Shown: positions 12,962 to 23,644 of the stretch, piece by piece
Numbering within the stretch: the stretch's first letter is position 1
How the letters are laid out: each line of letters opens with the position of its first letter
Notes under the pieces: generated by a model
The model's input: only the letters and a program-made list of their open reading frames with translations
What the model was told of the DNA's origin: nothing
Databases searched by the model: none
Translations under genes and position numbers: made by a program
Assembly: GCA_963833225.1 (NCBI GenBank)
Contig: CAWHXD010000007.1
Location: forward strand, 128,001-192,000
Length of the DNA: 64,000 bases
DNA from: an uncultured Chloroflexia bacterium
GTDB taxonomy: Bacteria > Chloroflexota > Limnocylindria > Limnocylindrales > CSP1-4
Direction: 5' to 3'

Positions 12962-13242
12962 GTGAGACTCCAGGGTGTGCGCCGCAGCGCACGAGGGCCG
13001 GTGCCCCTTGGAGTCCGGCGCGAGACGGAATGCTTCTCGCGGCGACGGGCCGGGGCTGGCTTCGGGTGAGGGGCTTCCCGGGGAAGCGGGACGGGCGCCG
13101 AGGGCGGTCAACCGGCCGGCTCGCCGATTGCCGCGAGCGTCTGGTGCCGTGCCGCCCGGTGGACGCTTCCTTCGAGCATCCGTCGACTGGGCTGCGCCTC
13201 CCATCATCGCACGGACTCGCGAACTGGGTACCGTGGCGGCGC

Positions 13243-14026
13243 ATGTCGGCCACGGTCGCGCGCCTCAACGTCACCCCGGTCAAGGGCACCCGCCTTGCGC
13301 ACCCGGCCTCCGTGGAGCTGACGCCGGTGGGGATCGTCGGCAACCGGCGGTTCCACTTCGTCGATGCCCGCGGCGAGCTGGCGAGCTGCACCGATGTCGG
13401 GGCGCTCATGCGGCTCGGCTCGGATTGGGACTCCTGGCCGTGGCGAGATCGGGATCGTGTTCCCCGACGGCGTGCGGGTCGCGGGGTCGGCCGATCGCCT
13501 GGGCGCCGCACACGTCACGGATTTCGATGGCAAGCCGGTGCCCGGGCGGTTCGTGGACAGCCCGATCGACGAGGCCGTCTCCTCGTTCGCCGGTCGTCCG
13601 CTGCGCCTGGTCATGGCCGACAACGAGGGCGATGGGCCAGACGTGCACCGCCTGTCGCTGGTTGGCCTGGCGTCGGTGGCCGATCTCGGGGCGCGCCATG
13701 GCCGGCCGGACCTCGATCCCCGGCGCTTCCGGATGAACCTCGAGCTCGATGGACTGGCGCCGTTCGAGGAGGAGGGCTGGGCGGGCGGGCTCCTGCGCGT
13801 GGGTGGCGCCGTGGTCCGCGTCCTCGGCCAGGTCCCGCGCTGTGTGGCCACGACCCGCGACCCGGCCACCGGCGACAAGGACTTCGACACGCTCAAGCAC
13901 ATCGCCGCCTACCGCCCGCTGATGAGCGAGCCGCGCGGCGTCCCGTTCGGGATGTACGCGGAGGTCGAGGTCCCGGGGCGGGTTGCGCTGGGGGATGCGG
14001 TGGAGCGACTCGTCGCGGGGCAGTGA
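13243..14026 (+). CDS. MOSC domain protein (frameshift near 13435)
   Basis: MSATVARLNVTPVKG...GNRRF, then DPRRFRMNL, PFEEEGW, PRCVATTRDPATG and FGMYAEV..PGRVALGD. Confidence 0.88.
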
Positions 14027-14115
14027 TCCCTCGCTGATCGCCGACCGCGGCCGCCGCCAATTCGGCCCGCCTGCCATCCTGTGGGTTCACACCCCGATCC
14101 ACCTGCCACCTGAGG

Positions 14116-15543
14116 ATGTGCACGATGGCCTGGACCCTTGACCACTGGTATGACGGCGCCCACCAGGCGCCGATCTCGGGCCGCTACCTCGAGCGAACGA
14201 GCCCGGTGGACGGCACGCTCGTCTGCCGCCTGGCCGATGGTGGGCCCGACGACGTTGCGGCGGCGGTCGCCTCGGCCCAGCGGGCGCTCCGGGGCTGGCG
14301 CCGGACATCGGCCTCGGTCCGCGGCCGCCTGCTGATCGAGGTGGCACGACGGATCCGCGAGGCGGCCAATTCGCTGGTCGCGGAGGAGATCGCGGAGACC
14401 GGCAAGCCGCATGCGACGGCGTCGATGGATGTCGAGGTCGCGGCGCAGTACTTCGAGTTCTACGGCGAGGTCATCAACGCGGTCGGCGGCGAGACGATCG
14501 ACCTCGGCGCGGACTTCCACTCCTTCACTCGCAACGAGCCGTACGGGGTCATCGGGGTCATCACGCCCTGGAACGTGCCCATCAACCAGGCCGCCCGGGC
14601 CGTCGCCCCGGCGATCGCCGCGGGCAACACGGTCGTCCTCAAGCCCTCGTCGCTCACCTCGACGACCTCGATCCGGCTCGCGGAGCTGTGCCTGGCGGCC
14701 GGTCTCCCGGACGGCGTGTACAACGTGGTGCTCGGTGGCGGTGCCACCGCGGGTCCGGCCCTGGTCACGCACCCGGACGTGCGCAAGGTCGCGTTCACGG
14801 GCTCGGTCGCGGTCGGCAAGGAGCTTGCCCACCTCGCGGCGGACCGCCTCATCCCGTTGACCCTGGAACTCGGCGGCAAGAGCGCCAACGTCGTGTTCGC
14901 CGATGCCGACCTGGAGAAGGCGGCGCACTGGGCCACGGTGGCGTTCACCAGCAACGCGGGGCAGGTCTGCTCCTCGGGCACCCGCCTGCTGGTCCAGCGC
15001 GAGGTCCACGACGCGTTTGTGGCCATGGTCGCCGAGAAGGCGCGAGCCCACCGCCTCGGCGAGACCATGGGGCCCGTGATCAGCGAGGGCCAGCACCGGA
15101 CCGTCATCGAGTACCTCGAGATCGCCGAGCGCGAGGGCGCCGTCCCGGTCACGGGCGGCACCACGGCCGTGGCGGATCACCAGGACGACCTGTTCGTTCC
15201 GCCCACGATCTACACCGGTGTCACCAACGACATGCGGATCGCCCAGGAGGAGGTGTTCGGCCCCGTGCTCGCCGTCATTCCCTTCGACACCGAGGACGAG
15301 GCGGTCGAGATCGCGAACGACAGCCCGTACGGCCTGGTTGCCGGCGTCTGGACCCGCGACATCAGCCGTGCCCTGCGGGTCGCGGCCGAGATCGAGGCCG
15401 GCCAGGTCTACGTCAACTCCTGGTGGTCGGGCGGCGTCCAGACGCCGTTCGGCGGCACGAAGCTGTCGGGCTACGGTCGCGAGAAGGGCGTGGAATCGCT
15501 CAGGCACTACGCCCAGACCAAGTGCGTGACGGTCGCCCTGTAG
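14116..15543 (+). CDS. Aldehyde dehydrogenase
   Basis: ITPWN, FTGS, LELGGKS, GQVC, EEVFGP and PFGGTKLSGYGRE. Confidence 0.95.
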   Translation: MCTMAWTLDHWYDGAHQAPISGRYLERTSPVDGTLVCRLADGGPDDVAAAVASAQRALRGWRRTSASVRGRLLIEVARRIREAANSLVAEEIAETGKPHATASMDVEVAAQYFEFYGEVINAVGGETIDLGADFHSFTRNEPYGVIGVITPWNVPINQAARAVAPAIAAGNTVVLKPSSLTSTTSIRLAELCLAAGLPDGVYNVVLGGGATAGPALVTHPDVRKVAFTGSVAVGKELAHLAADRLIPLTLELGGKSANVVFADADLEKAAHWATVAFTSNAGQVCSSGTRLLVQREVHDAFVAMVAEKARAHRLGETMGPVISEGQHRTVIEYLEIAEREGAVPVTGGTTAVADHQDDLFVPPTIYTGVTNDMRIAQEEVFGPVLAVIPFDTEDEAVEIANDSPYGLVAGVWTRDISRALRVAAEIEAGQVYVNSWWSGGVQTPFGGTKLSGYGREKGVESLRHYAQTKCVTVAL

Positions 15544-15562
15544 GGGCTACTGGCCAGTTGCC

Positions 15563-15690
15563 GCCCGACCGGATGCCGCGCCCGACCGGTTGCCGCGCCC
15601 GACCGGTTGCTGCGCCCGACCGGTTGCTGCGCCCGACCGGTTGCCGCGCCCGACCGGTTGCTGCGCCCGACCGGTTGCCGCGCCCGCCGG
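15563..15690. repeat. 17-bp tandem repeat, about 7 copies
   Basis: gcgcccgaccggttgc(c/t) at 15578, 15595, 15612, 15629, 15646 and 15663, plus degenerate end copies. No spacers; lies between convergent genes. Confidence 0.92.
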
Positions 15691-15708
15691 ACTCGCGGCT
15701 CGCCACCG

Positions 15709-16467
15709 CTACCCCGGCAGGTAGGTCCGCCAGGCGAGCGCGCCGGCCACCGCGATCCCACCCATCGCGACCCCGACGCGGAGCACCGGCCCCGGGACCC
15801 GGCGCGCGATCGCCGGTCCGATGAGCCCGCCGGTGAGCATCCCGGCCGCGAGCGGCAGGACGGCCGCCCAGCGCACCGGGCCCAGGAGCACGAAGGTGAC
15901 GGCTGCCGCGCCGTTGGCAAAGGCCGTCAGCAGGTTCTTGGCCGCGTTCACGTCGTGGTACGGGCGGTCGATGATGGCCGACAGCGCCGCGAACGCGAGC
16001 ACGCCACCGGCCGCCCCGAAGTAGCCCGTGTACACGGCCGTGGCGCCATAGGCGGCGACCGGACCGCGTCGAAGGCCGACGGGCCGGAAGCGCGGCCGCT
16101 GCTGGAGTCGGGGGCCGGCCAGGACCAGCAGCGAGGCGCCGGCGATCAGGATGGGCGCGACGAGCTCGAACGTTCGAGCCGGCAGCACCAGGAGCAGCCC
16201 CGCCCCGGCGATCCCGCCGAGGACCGACATCACGGCCAGCCGGAGCATCATCGGCCGCAGGCCCGCCAGCTCGGGACGGGAGCCGGCCCCGGCTCCGATG
16301 CCCAGCATCACCATCGACACGGTGTTGGTGACGTTGGCGGTGACCGGCGGCAGGCCGACCGCGAGGAGCGCCGGGTAGGACACCAGCGACGCCAGGCTGA
16401 CCAGCACGCTCACGATGCCCGATGCCACGCCCGCCGCGAACAGGAGCAGCAGCGCGTCAGGGGCCAT
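15709..16467 (-). CDS. TauE/SafE (TSUP) family transporter
   Basis: Hydrophobic protein with SLASLVSYPALL, ANVTNTV, YTGYFGAAGG and NAAKN. Confidence 0.88.
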   Translation of the reverse strand: MAPDALLLLFAAGVASGIVSVLVSLASLVSYPALLAVGLPPVTANVTNTVSMVMLGIGAGAGSRPELAGLRPMMLRLAVMSVLGGIAGAGLLLVLPARTFELVAPILIAGASLLVLAGPRLQQRPRFRPVGLRRGPVAAYGATAVYTGYFGAAGGVLAFAALSAIIDRPYHDVNAAKNLLTAFANGAAAVTFVLLGPVRWAAVLPLAAGMLTGGLIGPAIARRVPGPVLRVGVAMGGIAVAGALAWRTYLPG

Positions 16468-16536
16468 GCGGCGATGGTAGCAACGGGAGCCGCCGGTCCA
16501 GCTGTCCGGTTCGCGGCCCGGTCGCCGTTGCGGCAG

Positions 16537-16652
16537 CTGGCCACCCGCACGCTTGCCCAGCAACCGGGCACTGATCCAGCAACGCAGCGGCACTGGCCAC
16601 CCGCATGCTTGCCCCAGATATCACCTGGAGCTGATCCAGCAACGCAGCGGCG
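16537..16652. repeat. Imperfect ~56-bp direct repeat (2 copies)
   Basis: ctggccacccgca(c/t)gcttgccc...ctgatccagcaacgcagcggc begins at 16537 and again at 16593. Confidence 0.8.
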
Positions 16653-16929
16653 CCGATCGGCGACGGTTGCATCACTCCCGGGCGATATCCAGTGTGGCTT
16701 GGAGAGGGTCGGCCGTTGGTGGATCGGCCATAGGCGATAGCTGGTGCCTTCAGAGCCGTGCCGTCGGCATCCATCTCGACCGGCCGACCCCAGGAGTCGC
16801 GGCCCTCCGCTCGATGTCTCGGGCCGCCGCGTCCATACCCCGCCGTGCCGCCCCGTCCGCCGTCCGCCTACAATGCCCGCCAGAGGCGTCCCACCTGCCA
16901 TCCCGCCCCCGGACGAAAGGCCCCCCTCC

Positions 16930-17271
16930 GTGACCGAGATCAACCCAGAGGACGTCAAGGACGGCCTGGACAACTACCCCGTCGGCTTCATGCAGCACCT
17001 GATCGACAACGGCGAGGGCTGGAAGGTCCAGAGCGACCTCGCCCGGGCGATCATGCTCGCGCTCGAGGACGGGACGTGCGTGCTCGGCCCCGTGGCCCAC
17101 CGTGACTACAACAACCACGTGGTCCCGGCCCGGTCCGAGGTCGAACCCGGCGCCAAGGGCAGCCTCGCCTATGCCAACAAGCTGCGGGCCCAGCGCGGCG
17201 CTCCGCTCCTGGTGGAGCTGGCGGACGGGACGATCGCCGAGGCCTCCGGCAGCGCCGGCGGCGGCTTCTGA
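16930..17271 (+). CDS. Hypothetical protein
   Basis: GTG start after GAAAGG, TACAAT -10 candidate at 16869, strong GC3 bias. Sequence MTEINPEDVKDGLDNYPVGFMQHLIDNGEGWKVQ... Confidence 0.7.
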   Translation: MTEINPEDVKDGLDNYPVGFMQHLIDNGEGWKVQSDLARAIMLALEDGTCVLGPVAHRDYNNHVVPARSEVEPGAKGSLAYANKLRAQRGAPLLVELADGTIAEASGSAGGGF

Positions 17272-17281
17272 GGCCGGCCCG

Positions 17282-17555
17282 ATGGCGCGCTTCAGGGTCA
17301 TGACCTGGAAGGGCATTCCCGCGCAGGTGCGGGCCGATGACGAGACGGGGGCCCGCGTGAACCGCGAGCTGCCGGGCTGGTTCGCCCAGGAGATCGACCG
17401 CGTGGCCATGCGCGACGGGCTTGCCGGCACCGACGAGTACACGGGGCTGTGGTCCTGGTCCAAGCCCGAGACCCGCGAGGGGACGGCCGAACGAGGTCGT
17501 CACCGCGGTCATCCGCGAGCTGTGTGACGCCTGGGGGCAGCCACCGGAAGACTGA
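17282..17555 (+). CDS. Small Virulence_fact-family protein (frameshift near the 3' end)
   Basis: MARFRVMTWKGIPAQV...LPGWFAQEIDRVAM..GLAGTDEY...W; pattern recalled for this family. Confidence 0.7.
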
Positions 17556-17587
17556 GGCCGCCCGGAGCTCCGGCCTCGCGACCCTGG

Positions 17588-18718
17588 TCAGTCGCCCAGG
17601 CAGGTCCCCACGTTGCGGGCGGTCGCGACCAGCGGGTGATCCAGCGGCACGAGCTTGAGCTGCCCGGCCACGTGCTCGAGGGGAACCGTGCGGGTGCGAT
17701 CACCCTCGCTGGCCACCATCACGCCGAACGTGCCCTCGGCGACCAGGTCGGCGCCGGCGTTGCCCAGCCGCGCGGCCAGGACCCGGTCCATCGCCGCCGG
17801 CGTGCCGCCGCGCTGGACGTAGCCCAGGATCGAGACACGGGACTCGAGACCGGTGAGCGCCTCGAGCTGGTGCGCGAGACGCAGCGAGTGCCCCGTGTGG
17901 TCCGCGTCGAACGCGGCGATCTCGGCGTCGGCCACGGCGCGCTCCGGCGTGCCGGACGAGGTGGCCTTCCGCCGCGAGACCATGCCCGTGTACCGGAGGT
18001 TGGTCTCGACGTCCTGGGCGCCCTCCGCCACGGCGATGATCGAGAAGTTGGTGCCCGACTCGGTGCGACGCCGGATGGCGCCGACCACGCTCTCGATGCG
18101 GTACGGGATCTCCGGAATGAGAACGACGTCGGCGCCGCCCGCGATGCCGGCCGCGAGCGTGAGCCAGCCGGCTCGGTGGCCCATGACCTCGGCCAGGATG
18201 ATGCGGTGGTGGCTGTGCGCGGTGCTGTGGAGCCGGTCGATGGCGTCGGTGGCGATCCCCAGCGAGGTGGCGAAGCCGATGGTGGCGTCGGTCTCGGCGA
18301 CGTCGTTGTCGATGGTCTTGGGCAGGACCACGATGTTCAGCCCGGCCTTGACCAGGCGCAGGCTGTTCTTGGCGGTGCCGTTGCCGCCGATGCACACCAG
18401 GCCGTCCAGCCGGTGGCGCTTGTAGGTCCGGACGATGGCCTCGGTCATGTCCACGGTCTCACCGTCGACCGGCATCCGGTGGGGCTTGTCGCGGCTCGTG
18501 CCCAGGATGGTGCCGCCGACGGTGAGGATGCCGGCGAGCGTGCTGGGATCGAGCTCGATGAAGCGATCCTCGGCAAGGCCTCGGAAGCCGTCGCGGAACC
18601 CGAACAGCTTCATGCCATGGTGGCCGATGGCGGCCTTGCCGAAGCCGCGGATGGCGGCGTTGAGCCCCGGGCTGTCGCCCCCTGCGGTGAGAATCCCGAC
18701 TCGCTTCGCTCGGGCCAC
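17588..18718 (-). CDS. pfkA: 6-phosphofructokinase
   Basis: [48 protein letters not shown] and LGYVQRGG. Confidence 0.95.
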   Translation of the reverse strand: MARAKRVGILTAGGDSPGLNAAIRGFGKAAIGHHGMKLFGFRDGFRGLAEDRFIELDPSTLAGILTVGGTILGTSRDKPHRMPVDGETVDMTEAIVRTYKRHRLDGLVCIGGNGTAKNSLRLVKAGLNIVVLPKTIDNDVAETDATIGFATSLGIATDAIDRLHSTAHSHHRIILAEVMGHRAGWLTLAAGIAGGADVVLIPEIPYRIESVVGAIRRRTESGTNFSIIAVAEGAQDVETNLRYTGMVSRRKATSSGTPERAVADAEIAAFDADHTGHSLRLAHQLEALTGLESRVSILGYVQRGGTPAAMDRVLAARLGNAGADLVAEGTFGVMVASEGDRTRTVPLEHVAGQLKLVPLDHPLVATARNVGTCLGD

Positions 18719-18900
18719 GCGCGTCCTCCGTCCCTGCCGGCTGCCGCTGCGGAGCCGTCCGCGGCGCGCCGTGCACGGGTGATTATCCGCCCCGGGCCCT
18801 CGCCGGGGCACGCGACATGCCCCGAGCGCGATACGGTGACCGTGCACGGCAAGCTGCGACGGAACCGCCATCGCCTCCTGCGGTGCGCCTGGAGAATTCC

Positions 18901-19944
18901 GTGACCTATCTGCCAGCCCCCACCCGCTACGACTCGATGGTCTATCGCCCGTGCGGGCGTAGCGGCCTCCAGCTGCCAGTCCTCTCGCTCGGCCTGTGGC
19001 ACAACTTCGGCGACACCACCCCGGTCGAAACCCAGAAGGCGATCGTGCGGACCGCGTTCGATGCGGGCATCACCCACATGGACCTGGCCAACAACTACGG
19101 CCCGCCGTATGGCTCGGCGGAGGTCAACTTCGGCCGGATCCTGCGCGAGGACCTCGCCGCTCACCGCGACGAGCTGATCATCTCGAGCAAGGCGGGCTGG
19201 GACATGTGGCCAGGCCCGTACGGTCAGGGCGGCGGTTCGCGCAAGTACATCCTGGCCAGCCTCGACCAGAGCCTGCGGCGGGTCGGGGTGGAGTACTTCG
19301 ACATCTTCTACTCGCACCGCTTCGACCCGGACACGCCCCTCGAGGAGACGATGGGGGCGCTCGCCCACGCCGTCCGCCAGGGCAAGGCGCTGTACGTCGG
19401 CATCTCGTCCTACTCGGCTGGCAAGACGCGTGAGGCGGCTGCGCTGCTGGCGGCAGAGGGCGTCCCGCTGCTCATCCACCAGCCCAGCTACAACCTGTTC
19501 AACCGGTGGGTGGAGGCTGAGCTCGTCGACACGCTCGGTGAGCTCGGGACGGGGATGATCGCGTTCACCGCGCTCGCCCAGGGCCTGCTCACGGACAAGT
19601 ACCTCGACGGGATCCCCGCCAACGCGCGCGTCAACCGACCCGGCGGCGATTCCTTCCCGAAGGAGGCGCTCTCGGAGGCGAACCTGGCACGCGTCCGAGC
19701 GCTCAACGAGATCGCCAGGGGCCGCGGCCAGACGCTTGCGCAGATGGCCTACGCCTGGGTCCTTCGGGACCCGCGGGTCACGACCACGCTGATGGGCGCC
19801 AGCTCGCCGGAGCAGGTCCGCGAGAACCTGGCCGTCGTCTCGCGGCTGGACTTCACGCGCGATGAGCTGGCGGCGATCGACCGCCACGCGGTCGAGGGTG
19901 GCGTGAACCGGTGGGTGAAGCCGAGCACCGACCAGCGCGCCTGA
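18901..19944 (+). CDS. Aldo/keto reductase, L-glyceraldehyde-3-phosphate reductase (YghZ/Gpr) type
   Basis: [38 protein letters not shown] and IHQPSYN. Confidence 0.93.
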   Translation: MTYLPAPTRYDSMVYRPCGRSGLQLPVLSLGLWHNFGDTTPVETQKAIVRTAFDAGITHMDLANNYGPPYGSAEVNFGRILREDLAAHRDELIISSKAGWDMWPGPYGQGGGSRKYILASLDQSLRRVGVEYFDIFYSHRFDPDTPLEETMGALAHAVRQGKALYVGISSYSAGKTREAAALLAAEGVPLLIHQPSYNLFNRWVEAELVDTLGELGTGMIAFTALAQGLLTDKYLDGIPANARVNRPGGDSFPKEALSEANLARVRALNEIARGRGQTLAQMAYAWVLRDPRVTTTLMGASSPEQVRENLAVVSRLDFTRDELAAIDRHAVEGGVNRWVKPSTDQRA

Positions 19945-20111
19945 GCGCCCGCTGGGCGGGAGGCGTCTCGCGGTCGGTGCCCGGGCCGCACCCGGCGTAA
20001 CCCGACCGAAAGGAAGGCACGGGCAGGATCGCGCCCAAACAGCATCCTGCTTCGGGTCAGGCCGCGCAGCGCCTCCGGCCAGACCCCGAGCCAACCTGGA
20101 GCGCGCGCCAC

Positions 20112-21747
20112 ATGAACCTCAAGGCCCTCGCGGCCGTCGGCCTGCTGGCCGTCGGCGTGGGCGCGATCGGCGTCACCGTCATCGGCATCGGGGGTGGGAC
20201 CGACACGTCGGTGACCTACCGCACGCAGCAGGCGACAACGGCCACCGTGCAGCAGACCGCCGTGGCCAGCGGCAGCCTCGCCGCCGCCACGGTGTACGAC
20301 CTCGCGTTCGGGACGACGCCCGTCGCCAGGGACGGGACATCGTCAGCGACCACCGCCACCTCCTCCGCCTCCTCCTCCTCGTCCGCAGCATCCTCCGCCA
20401 ACGGCACCTCCGGCACTCGTGACCGTCACCTGGCCGGTGACCGCCGTCAACGTCGAGGTGGGGGACCTCGTCACGGCCGGCGACGTGCTCGCGACCGCCG
20501 ACCCCGCGACCGCCGAGCTGGCCGTCCGCCAGGCCGAGGCGAACCTCGCCGCCGCGAAGACGCAGCGCCGGCTCGACCTCAAGGGCGGCACGGCCCTGTC
20601 CCGGGCCTCGGCCAAGGACCAGGTGACCTCGGCCAAGGCCCAGGTGTCCAACGCGCAGTCGTCCTACAGCTCCACCGTCGCCCAGAACACCCTCAAGCTC
20701 AAGCAGGCCCGCCAGGCGGTCAGCGACGCGGAGCAGAAGCTCGCGGACGACAAGGCCGCGGGCGCCCCGTCGGCCACCCGCGACCAGGACCGCTCGGCGA
20801 TCCGGACGGCCAAGCAGAACCTCGAGTCGACGAAGCTCCAGGTGGCGGCCGGCAACCGCTCGGCCTCGAACCAGGTCACGAGCGCCAAGCAGTCGCTCAA
20901 GAGCGCCAAGCGCACCTACAGCTCGGCGACCTCCGCCGCCGACGACGCCACGATCGTGGCCGACGACGTCGCCATCGCCGAGGCCGAGCAGTCGGTCACC
21001 GACGCCCGGGCGGCCCTCGCCGCCGCCACCCTGACCGCGCCCATCGACGGCCGGATCACCGCGGTCAACGTCGCCGTGGGCGACGAGGCGAACGGCACGG
21101 CGGTCGTCCTCCAGTCGACCCGGCTCGCGGTCTCGCTCTCGGTCACCGAGGACGACATCCTGAGCATCGCGGTCGGCCAGGCGGCCACCGTGGCGATCAG
21201 CGCGACCGGGGCGACGGCGACCGGCACCGTGACGTCGATCGACCCGGTCGCCGCCACGTCGGGCAGCTCGAGCGTGGTCAACTACACCGTGGTCGTCACC
21301 CTCGACGACCCGACGACGGGGTCGCCGGCCGCGGGCACGGACGGCGCCACCGCCTCGGCGACGGCCACTCCCGCCGCGGCCGCGATCCCGACCACCACCA
21401 TCCCGCTCGCGGGCATGTCCGCCGAGGTCACGGTCGTCATCGCGCAGGCCAAGAACGCGGTCGCCGTGCCGTCCATCGCCCTGTCGGGCACCGCGGGCAA
21501 CTACACCGTCCGGGTCCTCGCGGCCGACGGCTCGGTGGAGACCCGCAGCGTCGAGGTCGGGCTCATCGCCTCCGACTATGCGCAGATCACCAGCGGGATC
21601 ACGCCCGGGGATGCGGTGATCACCGGCAGCTCCGCGGACCGGACCACGACTACCACGACCACGACGAGCGGCCGCGGCGGCTTCGGCGGTCTGGACGGCG
21701 GCGGCTTCCAGCCGCCCGCCGGTGGCTTCCCGAGGAACGGGGAATGA
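20112..21747 (+). CDS. MacA-like membrane fusion/adaptor protein (frameshift near 20415)
   Basis: N-terminal TM; VTAVNVEVGDLV..GDVLA; coiled coil; LTAPIDGRITAVN; GMSAEVTV; AVPSIAL. Confidence 0.85.
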
Positions 21748-22418
21748 GCCGCCGGATCATCGACCTCACCGATGCCACCCGCACCTATGACCTGGGACGG
21801 GTGCAGGTCCACGCCCTCGCGGGGGCCAGCCTGACCGTGGACGAGGGCGAGTTCGTCGCGATCATCGGCCCGTCGGGCTCGGGCAAGTCCACGCTGATGA
21901 ACATCCTGGGCTGCCTCGACCGGCCGACCAGCGGCACGTACGTGCTCGACGGGACCCCGGTGGAAGAGCTCGACGACGACGGCCTCGCGTTCGTGCGCAG
22001 CCGGATGATCGGGTTCGTATTCCAGAGCTACAACCTGCTGCCGCGGACGGCCGCTCTCGAGAACGTGGCCACGCCGCTGCTGTACCAGGGAGTGCCCAAG
22101 CGCGAGCGGCTCGCGCGGGCGAGGGCCGCCCTCGAGCGGATGGGTCTCGGGGACCGGCTCGACCACGAGCCCTCCGAGCTCTCCGGTGGCCAGCAGCAGC
22201 GGGTCGCGATCGCCCGGGCCCTGGTCACCGAGCCCCGCCTGATCCTCGCCGACGAGCCCACCGGCAACCTCGACAGCCATACCGGCGAGGAGGTCCTGGG
22301 ACTGTTCCACGAGCTCAACGACACGGGCGTCACGATCGTGCTCATCACCCACGACGCCGATGTCGCGGTGCGGGCCACCCGCCAGGTCCACGTGCTCGAC
22401 GGCAGGATCGCGGCATGA
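21744..22418 (+). CDS. ABC transporter ATP-binding protein (MacB/LolD type)
   Basis: GPSGSGKST, GFVFQSYNL, LSGGQQQRVAIARAL and ADEPTGNLD; ATGA overlap with the upstream gene. Confidence 0.95.
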   Translation: MSRRIIDLTDATRTYDLGRVQVHALAGASLTVDEGEFVAIIGPSGSGKSTLMNILGCLDRPTSGTYVLDGTPVEELDDDGLAFVRSRMIGFVFQSYNLLPRTAALENVATPLLYQGVPKRERLARARAALERMGLGDRLDHEPSELSGGQQQRVAIARALVTEPRLILADEPTGNLDSHTGEEVLGLFHELNDTGVTIVLITHDADVAVRATRQVHVLDGRIAA

Positions 22419-23632
22419 GCCTCGCCGAGCTCGCCCGGCTCGCGGTCTCGCGCCTGGGCACCAGCCGGGTCCGGTCCGCGCTGACGATGCTGGGCATCAT
22501 CATCGGGGTCGCCTCGGTGGTGGCGCTGGTCTCGGTCGGCCAGGGGGCCTCGACCGGGATCACGGACCGGATCACGAGCCTGGGCACCAACCTGCTCACG
22601 ATCAATGCCGGGGCGTCGGTCAGCGGCGGCACCCGCGGTGCCGCGGGCTCCGCGACCACCCTCACGCTCGCGGACGCCAGCGCCGTCGCGGCCGTCGCGG
22701 GGGTCGCGGCCATCTCGCCCGAGCTGTCCACCTCGGCGTTCGTGGTCGCGGGCGATCTCAACACGACGACCACGATCCTGGGCACCACCGAGGCCTACCC
22801 GACCGTCCGCGCGTTCGACATCTGGCAGGGCCGCTTCCTGACCGACACCGCCGTGGAGCAGCAGCTGCGGGTGGCCGTGCTGGGCTCCACCACCGCCGAC
22901 GACCTGGGCCTGGGCGCGGGCGACATCGGGTCCACGATCACGATCGGCGGCATCCCGTTCGAGGTCGTGGGCATCCTCCAGGCCAAGGGCGGCACCAGCT
23001 TCACCTCCGGTGACGACCAGGTGCTCATCCCGATCAGCACCCTCAAGCGCTACTTCACCGGCTCCTCGTCCTCGGGGGTCCGCTCGATCGGGGTCAGCGT
23101 CACCACCGCGGACACGATGTCCGCCGTCAAGGCCGACATCACCACCCTGCTCGAGGAGCGCCACAACATCGCCGCCGGGGCGAGCGACGACTTCAGCGTC
23201 GCCGACCAGACCCAGCTGCTCTCGACTGCGACCTCGGTGTTCGACCTGCTCACCGTGCTGCTCGCGGGCGTGGCGTCCATCAGCCTCGTGGTGGGCGGCA
23301 TCGGGATCATGAACATCATGCTGGTCTCGGTCCGGGAGCGGACCCGGGAGATCGGCATCCGCAAGGCGCTCGGTGCCCGCAACCGCGACATCCTCCTGCA
23401 GTTCCTGGTCGAGGCGCTGGTGCTCTCGCTGCTGGGCGGGCTGATCGGGATCGCGATCGGTGTCGCCGCGTCGGTCGTGATCGGCGCCCTCGCCGGCTGG
23501 GGGTTCGCGTTCAACCCCGTCACCGTCATCGTCGCGACCGCGTTCAGCCTGGTCGTCGGCGTCATCTTCGGCGTCTGGCCCGCGCGGCAGGCCGCCCGCC
23601 TCAACCCCATCGCCGCGCTTCGCTTCGAGTAG
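22415..23632 (+). CDS. ABC transporter permease (MacB/FtsX type)
   Basis: RSALTMLGIIIGVASVV and VGGIGIMNIMLVSVRERTREIGIRKALGA. Confidence 0.95.
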   Translation: MSLAELARLAVSRLGTSRVRSALTMLGIIIGVASVVALVSVGQGASTGITDRITSLGTNLLTINAGASVSGGTRGAAGSATTLTLADASAVAAVAGVAAISPELSTSAFVVAGDLNTTTTILGTTEAYPTVRAFDIWQGRFLTDTAVEQQLRVAVLGSTTADDLGLGAGDIGSTITIGGIPFEVVGILQAKGGTSFTSGDDQVLIPISTLKRYFTGSSSSGVRSIGVSVTTADTMSAVKADITTLLEERHNIAAGASDDFSVADQTQLLSTATSVFDLLTVLLAGVASISLVVGGIGIMNIMLVSVRERTREIGIRKALGARNRDILLQFLVEALVLSLLGGLIGIAIGVAASVVIGALAGWGFAFNPVTVIVATAFSLVVGVIFGVWPARQAARLNPIAALRFE

Positions 23633-23644
23633 GAGACCCTTCCG

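Noticed and set aside
15563-15690. Possible CRISPR array
   Set aside because: The 17-bp units are contiguous with no unique spacers, and no cas genes are present.
16895-16930. Hammerhead-like GACGAAA
   Set aside because: There is no CTGANGA core at a suitable position. GAAAGG is better explained as an SD.
20112-22418. 768-aa adaptor-ATPase fusion ORF
   Set aside because: A frameshift near 20415 creates it. The true adaptor frame ends at 21747 and the ATPase starts at 21744.
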